From positions 325,332-389,331 of IMG/VR virus record IMGVR_UViG_3300021057_000274: a DNA stretch of 64,000 nt. One strand, given 5' to 3'. The translations under genes and the position numbers were made by a program. Each line of letters opens with the position of its first letter. Position 1 is the first letter of the stretch. The notes under the pieces are model-generated. The model ran no database searches. It was not told where the DNA came from and was given only the letters and a program-made list of their open reading frames with translations. Below, in pieces: positions 9,987-18,735 of this stretch.

Positions 9987-10634
9987 ATGAGCTGGCGGAA
10001 ATATCCTCGTACTCCGCACTTCTCGTTCAGCCCAGGCGCGACCTCGGATGACAAGATCTTGCGTGACCTCTCCGCGTTCGAGGGAGTCGACGTCGTCGTC
10101 TCCGAAAAGCGCGACGGCGAGTGCACGTCGCTCTACACCAATTACTTCCACGCCCGGTCGATCGACTCGAAGAATCACCCGTCGAGAAACTGGCTACGCG
10201 CCTTTCACGCGCAGTTCGCATACAAGATCCCGGAGGGTTGGAGGATCTGCGGTGAGAACCTCTACGCGAGGCACTCGATCGCGTACGATGACCTGACAAG
10301 CTACTTCGAGGGGTTCTCGGTGTGGGACGACCGCAACGTCTCGCTCGCGTGGGCCGCGACTGAGCACATCTTTGTTGATCTCGGGATCACTCCCGTTCCA
10401 GTGCTCTGGCGGGGCAAGTTTAACCTTCAGCGAATCAAGGACACGATCGCGGAGCTAGATTTCAAGCGGCAAGAGGGCATCGTCGTGCGGGTGGCAGGTG
10501 AGATCCCGTACGACCAGTTCGGGTTGAAGGTGGTCAAGTACGTGCGGGTCGACCACGTTCAAACCGATGATCACTGGATGCACGGAGAGATCGTGCCCAA
10601 CCGATTGAAGTTGACGAGCGGTGGAGCAGACTAA
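9987..10634 (+). CDS. RNA ligase family protein
   Basis: KYPRTPH, SEKRDGE (KxDG), ICGEN, EGIVVR, VKYVR. Confidence 0.85.
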   Translation: MSWRKYPRTPHFSFSPGATSDDKILRDLSAFEGVDVVVSEKRDGECTSLYTNYFHARSIDSKNHPSRNWLRAFHAQFAYKIPEGWRICGENLYARHSIAYDDLTSYFEGFSVWDDRNVSLAWAATEHIFVDLGITPVPVLWRGKFNLQRIKDTIAELDFKRQEGIVVRVAGEIPYDQFGLKVVKYVRVDHVQTDDHWMHGEIVPNRLKLTSGGAD

Positions 10635-10971
10635 GAAGCCGTCGGCTCCACCACAAGTCGTCCCAGAAGCCTCGTACGATCTAGACATCGCGGCGATCGC
10701 CAAGCCGCGACAGCTCTACTTTTACTCGAGTCTCTTCGACGCTTATCTTCGGGTCTCCGAGGCCGATCTGGCGTACTTGAACGACCTCGGGCCCTTCTTG
10801 CATGAGATTCCGCCCGGCGCCAGGGTGATCAAGACGATCCAAGAGGGCATGGCCGCGCTAGTGAAGTTGAAGACGAGAGCCACGAAACCGTGGTGGGATG
10901 ATCCAGATCGAGGAGATTTGCGAAGATGGCAGCCTAACTGGGGTGAATGCGATCCGGAGCCAGAAAAGTGA
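10621..10971 (+). CDS. hypothetical protein
   Basis: 116 aa, coupled to next gene. Confidence 0.5.
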   Translation: MEQTKKPSAPPQVVPEASYDLDIAAIAKPRQLYFYSSLFDAYLRVSEADLAYLNDLGPFLHEIPPGARVIKTIQEGMAALVKLKTRATKPWWDDPDRGDLRRWQPNWGECDPEPEK

Positions 10972-11546
10972 TGCCCCACAGGGTTAACGAGCGTGACAAC
11001 TTCATCGGTGGATGGTACACCGAGAGGCTTGACATCTGCTCGAGCTTGATCGGCCTGTTCTGGGACTCTTCAGAGGAGCACAAGGCGGGGCTCATGAGCC
11101 GCGGGCTTGACCCGGCGATCAAGGAGTCTACCGAGCTGAGCTGCGATCAGCAACCCAAGGTGATCGAGTACTTCAACGAGATTCTCGTGCCGACGGTCAA
11201 GCTCTACCTCGAGAAGTACCCGATGTGCGGTTATTACTCGAGCTGGGGCCTCGCGTTACCGGCTAACCTGCAGTACTATAAGCCTGGGCAAGCGTACCAC
11301 GGCTGGCACACCGAGAGGTTCGCGGCGTCGGAGCCCGCGGGTCGACGACATCTCGCGTGGATGACGTACCTCAACACGATTCACGACGAGGGCGAGACTG
11401 AGTTCTATCACCAAGGAGTCAAGGTCAAGCCCGAGATCGGGTTGACGCTCATCTGGGGAGTCGACTGGACGTTCACTCATCGCGGCGTCCCCTCACCGAC
11501 CGCTCACAAGTACATCATCACCGGTTGGTTCAACTTTATCGATTGA
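10968..11546 (+). CDS. 2OG-Fe(II) oxygenase (prolyl hydroxylase-like)
   Basis: WHTE, MTYLN, GETEF, FTHRG, KYIITGW. Confidence 0.85.
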   Translation: MMPHRVNERDNFIGGWYTERLDICSSLIGLFWDSSEEHKAGLMSRGLDPAIKESTELSCDQQPKVIEYFNEILVPTVKLYLEKYPMCGYYSSWGLALPANLQYYKPGQAYHGWHTERFAASEPAGRRHLAWMTYLNTIHDEGETEFYHQGVKVKPEIGLTLIWGVDWTFTHRGVPSPTAHKYIITGWFNFID

Positions 11547-11603
11547 GCGAGCGCTCGATCGACGCATCACCAAGCAAAGGTAGATTTGGAAGTGAGGTAA
11601 CAC

Positions 11604-11840
11604 ATGCCGTACTGGGACGTCGAGGAGCACGAGGAGAGAACTGGTGAGAAGCTCACCGAGTCGCAGCAAGAGGCGCTGAAGCAGATCTCGGACAAGCTGG
11701 CGCAAGCCGACGCCGTGATCAAGGAAGCCGAGGAGATCGCGCGCAAAAACAACCTGCCGTTCAACAGTGGCGTGCGCGGCGTCGTCGGCCCGGACTTCTT
11801 CCACGACGAAGAGTGGTCCACCAGCTCGATCGGCTGCTGA
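11604..11840 (+). CDS. small helical protein with C-terminal W-x(1-2)-SS-xx-C-like motif (paralog 1)
   Basis: GAGG SD; EALKQISDKL..A...I.EAE.IA core; ends WSTSSIGC. Confidence 0.75.
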   Translation: MPYWDVEEHEERTGEKLTESQQEALKQISDKLAQADAVIKEAEEIARKNNLPFNSGVRGVVGPDFFHDEEWSTSSIGC

Positions 11841-11841
11841 G

Positions 11842-12021
11842 ATGACTCAACAAGAAGCCCTCGAGGAGATCTCGAAGAAGCTAAAGATGGCTCAGACCCT
11901 CGTCAGAGAAGCTGAGGACCTGGCGAGAAAGTCAGGAGTGTCCTTCTCCCCGCAGCTCGGTGACATGATCAACGAGGAAAACTTCACCGACTATTGGGTT
12001 TCCTCGGATAGCTGCTTCTAA
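11842..12021 (+). CDS. small helical protein, paralog 2
   Basis: MTQQEALEEISKKL...EAEDLA; ends WVSSDSCF. Confidence 0.7.
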   Translation: MTQQEALEEISKKLKMAQTLVREAEDLARKSGVSFSPQLGDMINEENFTDYWVSSDSCF

Positions 12022-12248
12022 TGGACGAGACCCGAGCTAGAGAAGAGATCGAGAAGAAGCTCGACGAGGCACGGAAGCTCATCGAGGAGGCTGAGGCGAT
12101 CGCGGACGAGGCGGGCGTCACCTTCAGTTTTGACCTCGCCTACGGAATGGGCGGCACGTACTATCCCGACAAGGTCGCGGAGGAGCGCGGATACGTCGAG
12201 GAGGAAGATCTTGACAACGGCTGGCGCGCCAGCTCGAGGAGCTGCTGA
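12021..12248 (+). CDS. small helical protein, paralog 3
   Basis: EEIEKKLDEARKLIEEAEAIA; ends WRASSRSC. Confidence 0.75.
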   Translation: MDETRAREEIEKKLDEARKLIEEAEAIADEAGVTFSFDLAYGMGGTYYPDKVAEERGYVEEEDLDNGWRASSRSC

Positions 12249-12346
12249 TGAGCTTCATTCTCGGATGCATCCTCGGAGCGGTCGTGGTCGCGGTGATCGT
12301 CGGCCTGATCGTGCTCAAGTTCATGATCAACGGTTGGAGAGCCTGA
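12248..12346 (+). CDS. small single-pass membrane peptide (32 aa)
   Basis: MSFILGCILGAVVVAVIVGLIVLKF...; fills the gap exactly. Confidence 0.45.
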   Translation: MSFILGCILGAVVVAVIVGLIVLKFMINGWRA

Positions 12347-12347
12347 G

Positions 12348-13289
12348 ATGATCGCGCTGCTTGGGAGTCAAGCGCTCGTCAGACGACTCGGGGGCAACGC
12401 TCTCACGATCGGACGTGTTCCGGTTGACTGGGACGTTGTCGGACCGTACTCGGAGGTGACCGAGTTCGCTAACCGCATGCTCGGCACGATCGAAGCTTGC
12501 TACCCCACCTCGAGCGGCAATAAGCTCGTCATCAAGAAGCGCAGTCTCGATGGTGTGAGGAACGGTCTTACGATCATCGACGCCGAGCTAGCGTGGCCCA
12601 AGGCGTCGACGACCTCATACGCTCTCTGGAAGCTGATCAAGAGCGACCCCGAGACGGTTCGACAAGACAAGGTCCTCATCCCGTCGATCCACGTGCTCTA
12701 CCTCTTGAAGATGACGCATCGCTACTTGAAGAACTCGCCGCACTTCCTCAAGACGATGCGAGACATCCACCTCCTACGAAGGCACGGCGCGGAGATCCAG
12801 CCGCAGCATCGAGACTTCTTCAAGGAGCGAGAGCGCGCGACGTACAGCTACCAGCACCCGAAGCTGAACGTCACCAAGGGTGACTTCTTCAAGGGCGACG
12901 GCGTCGAGTACGTCTACGACCATGACTCGATCCATGAGGCGATGAAGCACCTCGACGTCCCCGCCTACCAGCTCTACAAGGCGGAGGGAGCCGAGGTCAA
13001 CTGCGCGAGGGAAAAGTTCTTCGAGGCTCCAGAGCACGTTCGGCTCTACGGGGTGCTAGAGGAAACTTACGTGCTAGCTCTCGAGCGGTCTCAGATTCCC
13101 TTCCCTGAGACTGACCCCAAGCGAAGCTTTGAGATCGCGCTGCGGAAGGTCTGCACGAGCATCACGTCAGGCTGGTTCAGAGAGTACGCCTGGGAGAGCT
13201 ACGACAAGATCTGGGAGATGTATGATCCCGAGTACGTTGAGAAGTTCAAGAGGGGGATAGAGGCAGGCGTCGTGATGCCGCATAAATAG
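12348..13289 (+). CDS. nucleotidyltransferase-like phage protein
   Basis: N-terminal LGSQAL...DWDVV (GS/DxD); conserved-looking YDHDSIH and TSGWFR segments. Confidence 0.55.
   Translation: MIALLGSQALVRRLGGNALTIGRVPVDWDVVGPYSEVTEFANRMLGTIEACYPTSSGNKLVIKKRSLDGVRNGLTIIDAELAWPKASTTSYALWKLIKSDPETVRQDKVLIPSIHVLYLLKMTHRYLKNSPHFLKTMRDIHLLRRHGAEIQPQHRDFFKERERATYSYQHPKLNVTKGDFFKGDGVEYVYDHDSIHEAMKHLDVPAYQLYKAEGAEVNCAREKFFEAPEHVRLYGVLEETYVLALERSQIPFPETDPKRSFEIALRKVCTSITSGWFREYAWESYDKIWEMYDPEYVEKFKRGIEAGVVMPHK
13283..13288 (+). promoter_or_regulatory. T4-late-like promoter
   Basis: TAAATA 5 nt before ATG 13294. Confidence 0.6.
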
Positions 13290-13293
13290 TGGC

Positions 13294-14340
13294 ATGCCTA
13301 CTCATGACTTCGGCGACGGCCGCGGCGCCGTACCAGCTACCCAACACTCCAACGGTGGGGGCTGGGTAGAAGACACCGCTGTAGTCGCTTCAACCGTCTA
13401 CGTTTCCGCCACTGCCGAGGTCTACGGGCAAGCGAAGGTCAGCGATAACGCCAAGCTCTACGACTCGTGCGAGGTCTTCAGCACGATCGTCACCGCGTGG
13501 GCAGGAACTACCGCGAAGAGCTTGAACGCGCTCGTGCGCCCGACGGTCAAGAACGAGTTCAACTATAAGTGCACGACAGCGGGCACTACGGGCACGAGCG
13601 AGCCGACCTGGCCGACCACGCTGGGTCAGACCGTCATCGACGGCACGGTTACCTGGACCGCGGTCACGATCGAGCGACCGATCGTGTCTGGAGATGCTCA
13701 AGTCTACGGCACCGCCAAGGTCTCTGGAACTGCGCTAGTCCGTGATCGGGCTCAAGTGTATGACACCGCCGACGTCACTGGCGCCGCGATCATCGAGGGC
13801 GACGGCCAGGTCTATGATGACGCGACCGTCAACTTATCGGCTAAGGTCTCAGGCTTCGCGACGGTGCACGGCACCGCGACGATCACCGACTCTGCGGTCA
13901 TCACCGAAAATGCGGAGGTCTTAGGAGCGACGCCCGTAAGCGGCTCAGCCAAGATCGCCGGGGACGCGACCGTTAACGCCGCTGAGGTCTCGGGCACGTC
14001 ACAGATCTCGGGGAGCGCAGAGGTGATCGGCGGGCTCGCGAGAGTGCAAGGCGCGGCTAAGATCTACGGGTCAGCTCGCGTCCAGGGCAGCACGGTCATT
14101 CTCGGCGCAGCTCAAGTCTCTGACAACGCCCTCGTCGAGGGCACCGCGACGGTGGGCGGGGCGGCCAAGGTGAGCGGCTCAGCTCTGATCTCAGGCGCTT
14201 GCAAGATCCTAGGAGCCGCAGTCATCAAGAACCAAGCCAAGATCCGCGACACTGTCACCGTTCAGGGTGCAGCGTCGGTGGGTGGAAACGTCGAGCTGAC
14301 CGGGTCACAGGTCGTCGAAGGGGTTACGGTGCTCACGTGA
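13294..14340 (+). CDS. hexapeptide-repeat beta-helix protein with an inserted small beta domain; probable virion fibre/decoration
   Basis: Many A-x-V-x-G-x hexads; insertion YKCTTAGTTGTSEPTWPTT..VIDGTVTW; late promoter. Confidence 0.7.
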   Translation: MPTHDFGDGRGAVPATQHSNGGGWVEDTAVVASTVYVSATAEVYGQAKVSDNAKLYDSCEVFSTIVTAWAGTTAKSLNALVRPTVKNEFNYKCTTAGTTGTSEPTWPTTLGQTVIDGTVTWTAVTIERPIVSGDAQVYGTAKVSGTALVRDRAQVYDTADVTGAAIIEGDGQVYDDATVNLSAKVSGFATVHGTATITDSAVITENAEVLGATPVSGSAKIAGDATVNAAEVSGTSQISGSAEVIGGLARVQGAAKIYGSARVQGSTVILGAAQVSDNALVEGTATVGGAAKVSGSALISGACKILGAAVIKNQAKIRDTVTVQGAASVGGNVELTGSQVVEGVTVLT

Positions 14341-14678
14341 AGCTAAGCGAGATCACAGAGTCGGTCACCGACATCGAGCAGATCGTGCCTGACGCGAAGG
14401 ATCTAGAGCGTGCAGAGGGCTTAAGCATGCGCGGCCCCACGTTTCACGGCAACAACGCGCCCTTTCAGTCCGAAGCGGTCAAGATGTCTAAGCTCATCAA
14501 GGACAAGACCAAGCTGATCCGGCGTGCGAAGGCGGTTGCCGCGACCTGGGGAACTAAGCCGATCAGGAACGGAAAGGGAGAGTCTCAGGATGTCTGGGGA
14601 CCCTTCGCGTACGCGCTCGAGAAGGCAGGGCTGACCGCCCAAGAGATCGACGCGATCTCGAAATACAAGGCTAAATAA
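14337..14678 (+). CDS. late protein with capsid-targeting-like N-terminus
   Basis: GTG start, MKLSEITES. Confidence 0.6.
   Translation: MKLSEITESVTDIEQIVPDAKDLERAEGLSMRGPTFHGNNAPFQSEAVKMSKLIKDKTKLIRRAKAVAATWGTKPIRNGKGESQDVWGPFAYALEKAGLTAQEIDAISKYKAK
14672..14677 (+). promoter_or_regulatory. T4-late-like promoter
   Basis: TAAATA 5 nt before ATG 14683. Confidence 0.6.
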
Positions 14679-14682
14679 GCGA

Positions 14683-14919
14683 ATGGACTTTAAGAGATAC
14701 CTGGCCGAGAGCCAGAACCAGATGGCGGACAAGGTCGGTGAGATGGCCGCCGAGCTTCGGCGAGCTGAGCTCGCGATAGAAGCTAGGAGACACGATCTCG
14801 ACAAAGCTACTCGTGACGAATATTACAACGGAGATGTGAGAAAGTTACAGCGTCTCTACAATGGGGCGATTGCTGCTCTCCTCAAGCTCAGCGAGCATCT
14901 TCGTAGGAAGCCGTCTTGA
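14683..14919 (+). CDS. late protein with capsid-targeting-like N-terminus
   Basis: MDFKRYLAES. Confidence 0.65.
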   Translation: MDFKRYLAESQNQMADKVGEMAAELRRAELAIEARRHDLDKATRDEYYNGDVRKLQRLYNGAIAALLKLSEHLRRKPS

Positions 14920-15476
14920 AGCTAACCGATCTCAGCACCGAGCTCCTCATCTTCGAGGTGCGCCAGCGCACCGCCGAGATGTTAGGAGAGTCGATCTCTG
15001 ACTACCTGTCGATGACGATCGCCAAGATCAAGGCCAAGAAGCCAGAGGAGCTCTATGACGGCGAGGAGCCGCTGGTTGACCTTGATCGCTTGACCTCCGT
15101 CGTCTCCGCAATGCGCGTGCTCGGTAACGCCGACTTCAGGAAGGCGATCTCGAAGGAGGACATCGGCATCAACCCGAACAACGTCAAGGAGTTCGCCAAG
15201 TTCCTCGACAGCATCCCCCGTGACGGCAAGAAGCTTCCACAACTGACCGCGGCGGTGATCACCGCCCTGAAGGGGATCGCACCGAACGTCTTCAAGAAGC
15301 AACGCGAGCAGCTTGACCGCCTCAAGTCTCAGGACGAGACTGAGCGCAAGGACGCGCTCCAGGACCTCTCTAAGTTCGCGACGCAGGTCAACCAGATCTT
15401 CAGCAAGGTACGGTCTGGCACGTCTGGCAAGAAAGATGTCTCCAAAGAGCTCGATCGAGCGGCAAAATCCGCCTGA
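14916..15476 (+). CDS. helical late protein
   Basis: MKLTDLSTELLIFE; coupled TTG start. Confidence 0.65.
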   Translation: MKLTDLSTELLIFEVRQRTAEMLGESISDYLSMTIAKIKAKKPEELYDGEEPLVDLDRLTSVVSAMRVLGNADFRKAISKEDIGINPNNVKEFAKFLDSIPRDGKKLPQLTAAVITALKGIAPNVFKKQREQLDRLKSQDETERKDALQDLSKFATQVNQIFSKVRSGTSGKKDVSKELDRAAKSA

Positions 15477-15502
15477 AGATCGTCACTAGACGGTCATCTT
15501 AG

Positions 15503-15531
15503 TTTACTTTAGGTACCTGCTGGTATAAAAT
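15503..15531 (+). promoter_or_regulatory. sigma70-like early promoter
   Basis: TTTACT-N17-TAAAAT. Confidence 0.7.
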
Positions 15532-15569
15532 CTCCTCTCGTGTAGGTTAACCGCACAAGAGGGTGGGCA

Positions 15570-16019
15570 TTGACGAGCGTCACGCCGTCATTCTTGGACT
15601 TTTGTAGGCTCTTCCTCAGGAAGGTCTACGGCAAGGAGCCTCGGTCTAGCGCTAAGCTAGCCCTGCTTCATGCCCAATTTGTCCGGGACTCGGAGATCCA
15701 GCTCCACGGTGTCTACGACCTCTTCGTCGATTACTCTCCCTTTCGCGCCCGCTTGTTCTTCTCACGCAACGGGTTCAAGAACACCCCGTCGGTCGCCTCC
15801 TTTCCTGAGTCATCGATGGGTGACGACTCGCTCTGCTTAAGCGTCTTCCCTCTCAACGGCTGGGAGGGTGTCCAGATCGATTGGCTAAAGAAGGAATTTA
15901 AGATTGGCAAGCGTCAACGTGATGGAGCTAAAGCGCATCGCCACAGGACAGTATCGCGTGCGCGTCAAGGCGGTGATGATCTCGGATCAAACCTTCGCCG
16001 TCGGGGTGGGCGAGGATGA
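15570..16019 (+). CDS. hypothetical protein
   Basis: 149 aa after promoter; overlaps next ORF. Confidence 0.45.
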   Translation: MTSVTPSFLDFCRLFLRKVYGKEPRSSAKLALLHAQFVRDSEIQLHGVYDLFVDYSPFRARLFFSRNGFKNTPSVASFPESSMGDDSLCLSVFPLNGWEGVQIDWLKKEFKIGKRQRDGAKAHRHRTVSRARQGGDDLGSNLRRRGGRG

Positions 16020-16104
16020 GGACCCGTTCAAGGCCGCGGCTCAGGCAGGAGTCGCCGCTGGCATGGAGCTAAACAAACTTTTGACTAAGAAGGAAAGAGC
16101 ATGA
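15904..16104 (+). CDS. hypothetical protein
   Basis: 66 aa, AAGGA upstream, ATGA overlap with next gene. Confidence 0.5.
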   Translation: MASVNVMELKRIATGQYRVRVKAVMISDQTFAVGVGEDEDPFKAAAQAGVAAGMELNKLLTKKERA

Positions 16105-16865
16105 CGACGAGCACGATCATATTCATCGTGGCGGTGATCGCGATCACCGCCGTGGGCAGTCTAGTCATCTTTTGGCCTCGGAAGAAACAGCCTGAGACAG
16201 ATTGGACGAGCAACATGGATTTCATCCGAACCGAGCCGCCGAAGAGCCTCTCGAGCGACAAGGACGCCGTTCTTACCCAGGTTACGATCCCATCCGCTGC
16301 CGTGACGATCGTAAAGCCTCTCAACCACGAGTTCGTCAGCAATCGCATTCCGTCGGCGACCATGGATAACGAGATCGCCCGCACAAACGCAGAGCGAGAG
16401 CGTGAGCTGGCCAGGATCAAGAGAGTCGCTGACGAGCAACGCGCGCGTGACGCGCGCGTACGTGAGGAGGAGCGGGTGCGCCGCGAGCGCACGTTTGAAG
16501 CCGTGCGGAGAGCAGAGGAGCGTGCCCGCCTAGCAGAGGAGCGTGCTCGCCGCGCCGAAGAGCGCCAGGACGTCGTTCTCTTGAGCGGCGGCGCGGCCGC
16601 CGCGACAGCTGCTTATCTCATGAGCGCGAGCGCCGCGGCGCGTGAGAGCCCTGAGGTGATTACATCGCTGGGCGCGCCGAGCGAAGAGGTCATCACGTCT
16701 CTCGAGAGAGAAGCTCCGCGAGAGAGCACGATCACGTCATTCGATCGCCAGGAGGAAGAGCAAAGACCCTCCTTCTCAAGCTCGAGCGACGACAGCTCTA
16801 GCTCGTACAGCAGCGACTCTAGCTCTTCCTCGAGCGATAGCTCCTCATCGTTCAGCGGGGATTGA
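16101..16865 (+). CDS. membrane-anchored coiled-coil protein with Ser/Asp-rich tail
   Basis: N-terminal TM helix, R/E-rich coil, C-terminal SSSSDDSSSSYSSDSSSS. Confidence 0.75.
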   Translation: MTTSTIIFIVAVIAITAVGSLVIFWPRKKQPETDWTSNMDFIRTEPPKSLSSDKDAVLTQVTIPSAAVTIVKPLNHEFVSNRIPSATMDNEIARTNAERERELARIKRVADEQRARDARVREEERVRRERTFEAVRRAEERARLAEERARRAEERQDVVLLSGGAAAATAAYLMSASAAARESPEVITSLGAPSEEVITSLEREAPRESTITSFDRQEEEQRPSFSSSSDDSSSSYSSDSSSSSSDSSSSFSGD

Positions 16866-17407
16866 TGTACCAGCGCGTCATCTACATGTCTCGGCGAGAC
16901 GTTGAGAGAATCAACTCTGGCGACGTGCCTCTCATCTCGATCACCAGCCCTCCAGACGGTGACTGGAGCAGGCCAGCTAAGCTCGCTGCGTGCTGGGGAA
17001 AGATTCTTCGTCTCGAGTTTCACGATGACGAGCACCCGCACATCTATCCAGACGGCACCACGCTGGTGCTCATGAGCGACGAGCAGGGCTACCAAATTCT
17101 TCGCTTCTTGCGCGAGAATGAGAGTTATAATGAGCTGGTGGTCCATTGCGAGGGCGGAATTAGTCGGTCAGCAGCGATCGCGCGCTTTGTCTCTGACTAC
17201 TACGGGATTCCCTACCAAACGGTGGTGAACGGAATCTTGTACCAGAACCCGATCATGGAGAAGTACAATCGGTCGATGTACGCGAAGTTGGTGAAGCTCT
17301 ACGGCTTATGCTTGAGTGAGAAGGGAGAGATCCCTCGCGGCGAGCTGCCTGCGTTGCAAGCGTTTGAAAACTACATGAAGGAGAAGGTTGATGGCCAGGA
17401 AGGTTAA
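16865..17407 (+). CDS. tyrosine/dual-specificity phosphatase-like protein
   Basis: VHCEGGISRSAA (HCxxGxxRS) P-loop; LEFHD. Confidence 0.85.
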   Translation: MYQRVIYMSRRDVERINSGDVPLISITSPPDGDWSRPAKLAACWGKILRLEFHDDEHPHIYPDGTTLVLMSDEQGYQILRFLRENESYNELVVHCEGGISRSAAIARFVSDYYGIPYQTVVNGILYQNPIMEKYNRSMYAKLVKLYGLCLSEKGEIPRGELPALQAFENYMKEKVDGQEG

Positions 17408-17750
17408 TCACACTCCGAAGCTCACGGGCGACGCCGCGCAAGTGGCCGTCGCGAAAGCTCTCGAGGACTTGAAGTCGAACCTAAAGAAGTACAGCGACAT
17501 CGTCAGCGAGATCGACGCCCTCAACTCGGCTAACAACTTCCGGTACCTCTCGAAGAGTCGTCGAAACGAGCTGATGGCCGGCTTGATCGAGCGATCGGCG
17601 GACCTGTCTGACGCGTCGAAGGGCGCCTTCAGGGTGCTCAAGAAGGTCAAGCGCGAGCGCGCGCCAGAGAAGCTGATCGACACGGTTCTGGCGAGGATCG
17701 TCGTGCAAACCGAGCCGCTAGGCGGAGATGTCGAGATCACCGCGCCGTGA
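17391..17750 (+). CDS. hypothetical protein
   Basis: Helical ORF coupled to next gene. Confidence 0.6.
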   Translation: MARKVNHTPKLTGDAAQVAVAKALEDLKSNLKKYSDIVSEIDALNSANNFRYLSKSRRNELMAGLIERSADLSDASKGAFRVLKKVKRERAPEKLIDTVLARIVVQTEPLGGDVEITAP

Positions 17751-18169
17751 AGCTCGACGATCTGCGCTTCAAGCCCGGAACCTATCTCGCCTTCTTGCTG
17801 AGCGAGAAGAGCCGGGCTGACCTCCTCACTCGGTGGCCACCGCTCTATCCTGACGTGCGCTGTCACCACGTCACGCTCGAGTTCAACCTAACCGATGAGA
17901 AGCTCGCCTTCTTCATGAGAGCTCTCAAGGGCGGCGCTGACGTGCAGGTGGTCGGGTACGCGAAGAGCGACAAGCTCGACCTCTTCGCGGTCACCCTCAA
18001 CGGGCAAGCTGTTCGCCCCGACGGCGGCTATTACCACATCACCCACTCCCTCGTTCCGCCCACCAAGCCGAAGGAGTCCAATGACCTCTTGACGCGACTC
18101 AAGGGAGAGACGGACAAGTTCCGCGGAACTTGGAAGCTGGACGGAGAGGTCATTCTCCTCAAAAAGTAA
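17747..18169 (+). CDS. 2H phosphoesterase
   Basis: Two HxT motifs: HHVTL and YHITHS. Confidence 0.7.
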   Translation: MKLDDLRFKPGTYLAFLLSEKSRADLLTRWPPLYPDVRCHHVTLEFNLTDEKLAFFMRALKGGADVQVVGYAKSDKLDLFAVTLNGQAVRPDGGYYHITHSLVPPTKPKESNDLLTRLKGETDKFRGTWKLDGEVILLKK

Positions 18170-18178
18170 GCATCTAGT

Positions 18179-18207
18179 TTTACTCTCAGCATTTGAGGTG
18201 ATACAAT
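18179..18207 (+). promoter_or_regulatory. sigma70-like promoter with -10 box in a hairpin loop
   Basis: TTTACT-N17-TACAAT; inverted repeat 18188-18201/18208-18221. Confidence 0.8.
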
Positions 18208-18216
18208 TCACCTCAG

Positions 18217-18723
18217 ATGCTTCGAGAAATTCCGCAAGTTCTTAGGTCCCCGTTTGACGGCTTCTTCTTAGATCTCGACGGAGTATTCGCCGACTTCGAG
18301 GGTCGCTTCTTCAAGCTGACCGGCCGACAGTGCCGAGAGGTGTCGCAGAGAGAGCTGTGGAAGGTCGTCATGGCCGACCGCAACTTCTTCTACGACCTCG
18401 AGTTGATGCCGAACGCCGACGTCCTCTGGCGATATTGCAAGCAGTACAACCCTTGCTTCTTGACCGGGCTGCCGGTCAAGCAAGCTTTTCGTGACCAAAA
18501 GCTCAGGTGGGTCAGCGACAAGTTCGGCGCCGAGTGGGTTTGCCACGTCGTTCCCAAGCGAGACAAGCAGAAGCACTCAGGTCCGAACAAGGTCTTGATC
18601 GACGACTCTCTAGAGAACATCGAGCAGTGGATCTCCAAGGGAGGTCTGGGAATTCTTCACGACGGCGACGTTTGGAAGACGATCGACCAGGTCGAAGCTC
18701 TTCGCCTGGCGTATAACATCTAA
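18217..18723 (+). CDS. HAD-family 5'(3')-deoxyribonucleotidase
   Basis: LDLDGVFADF, LTG, QKLRW, VLIDDS..N..QW. Confidence 0.85.
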   Translation: MLREIPQVLRSPFDGFFLDLDGVFADFEGRFFKLTGRQCREVSQRELWKVVMADRNFFYDLELMPNADVLWRYCKQYNPCFLTGLPVKQAFRDQKLRWVSDKFGAEWVCHVVPKRDKQKHSGPNKVLIDDSLENIEQWISKGGLGILHDGDVWKTIDQVEALRLAYNI

Positions 18724-18735
18724 CACGGTGGGGTA

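Noticed and set aside
16770-16862. Ser-rich tail as a tandem DNA repeat or Ser sensor
   Set aside because: Low-complexity protein tail of mixed codons, common in phage membrane proteins, with no adjacent regulatory structure.
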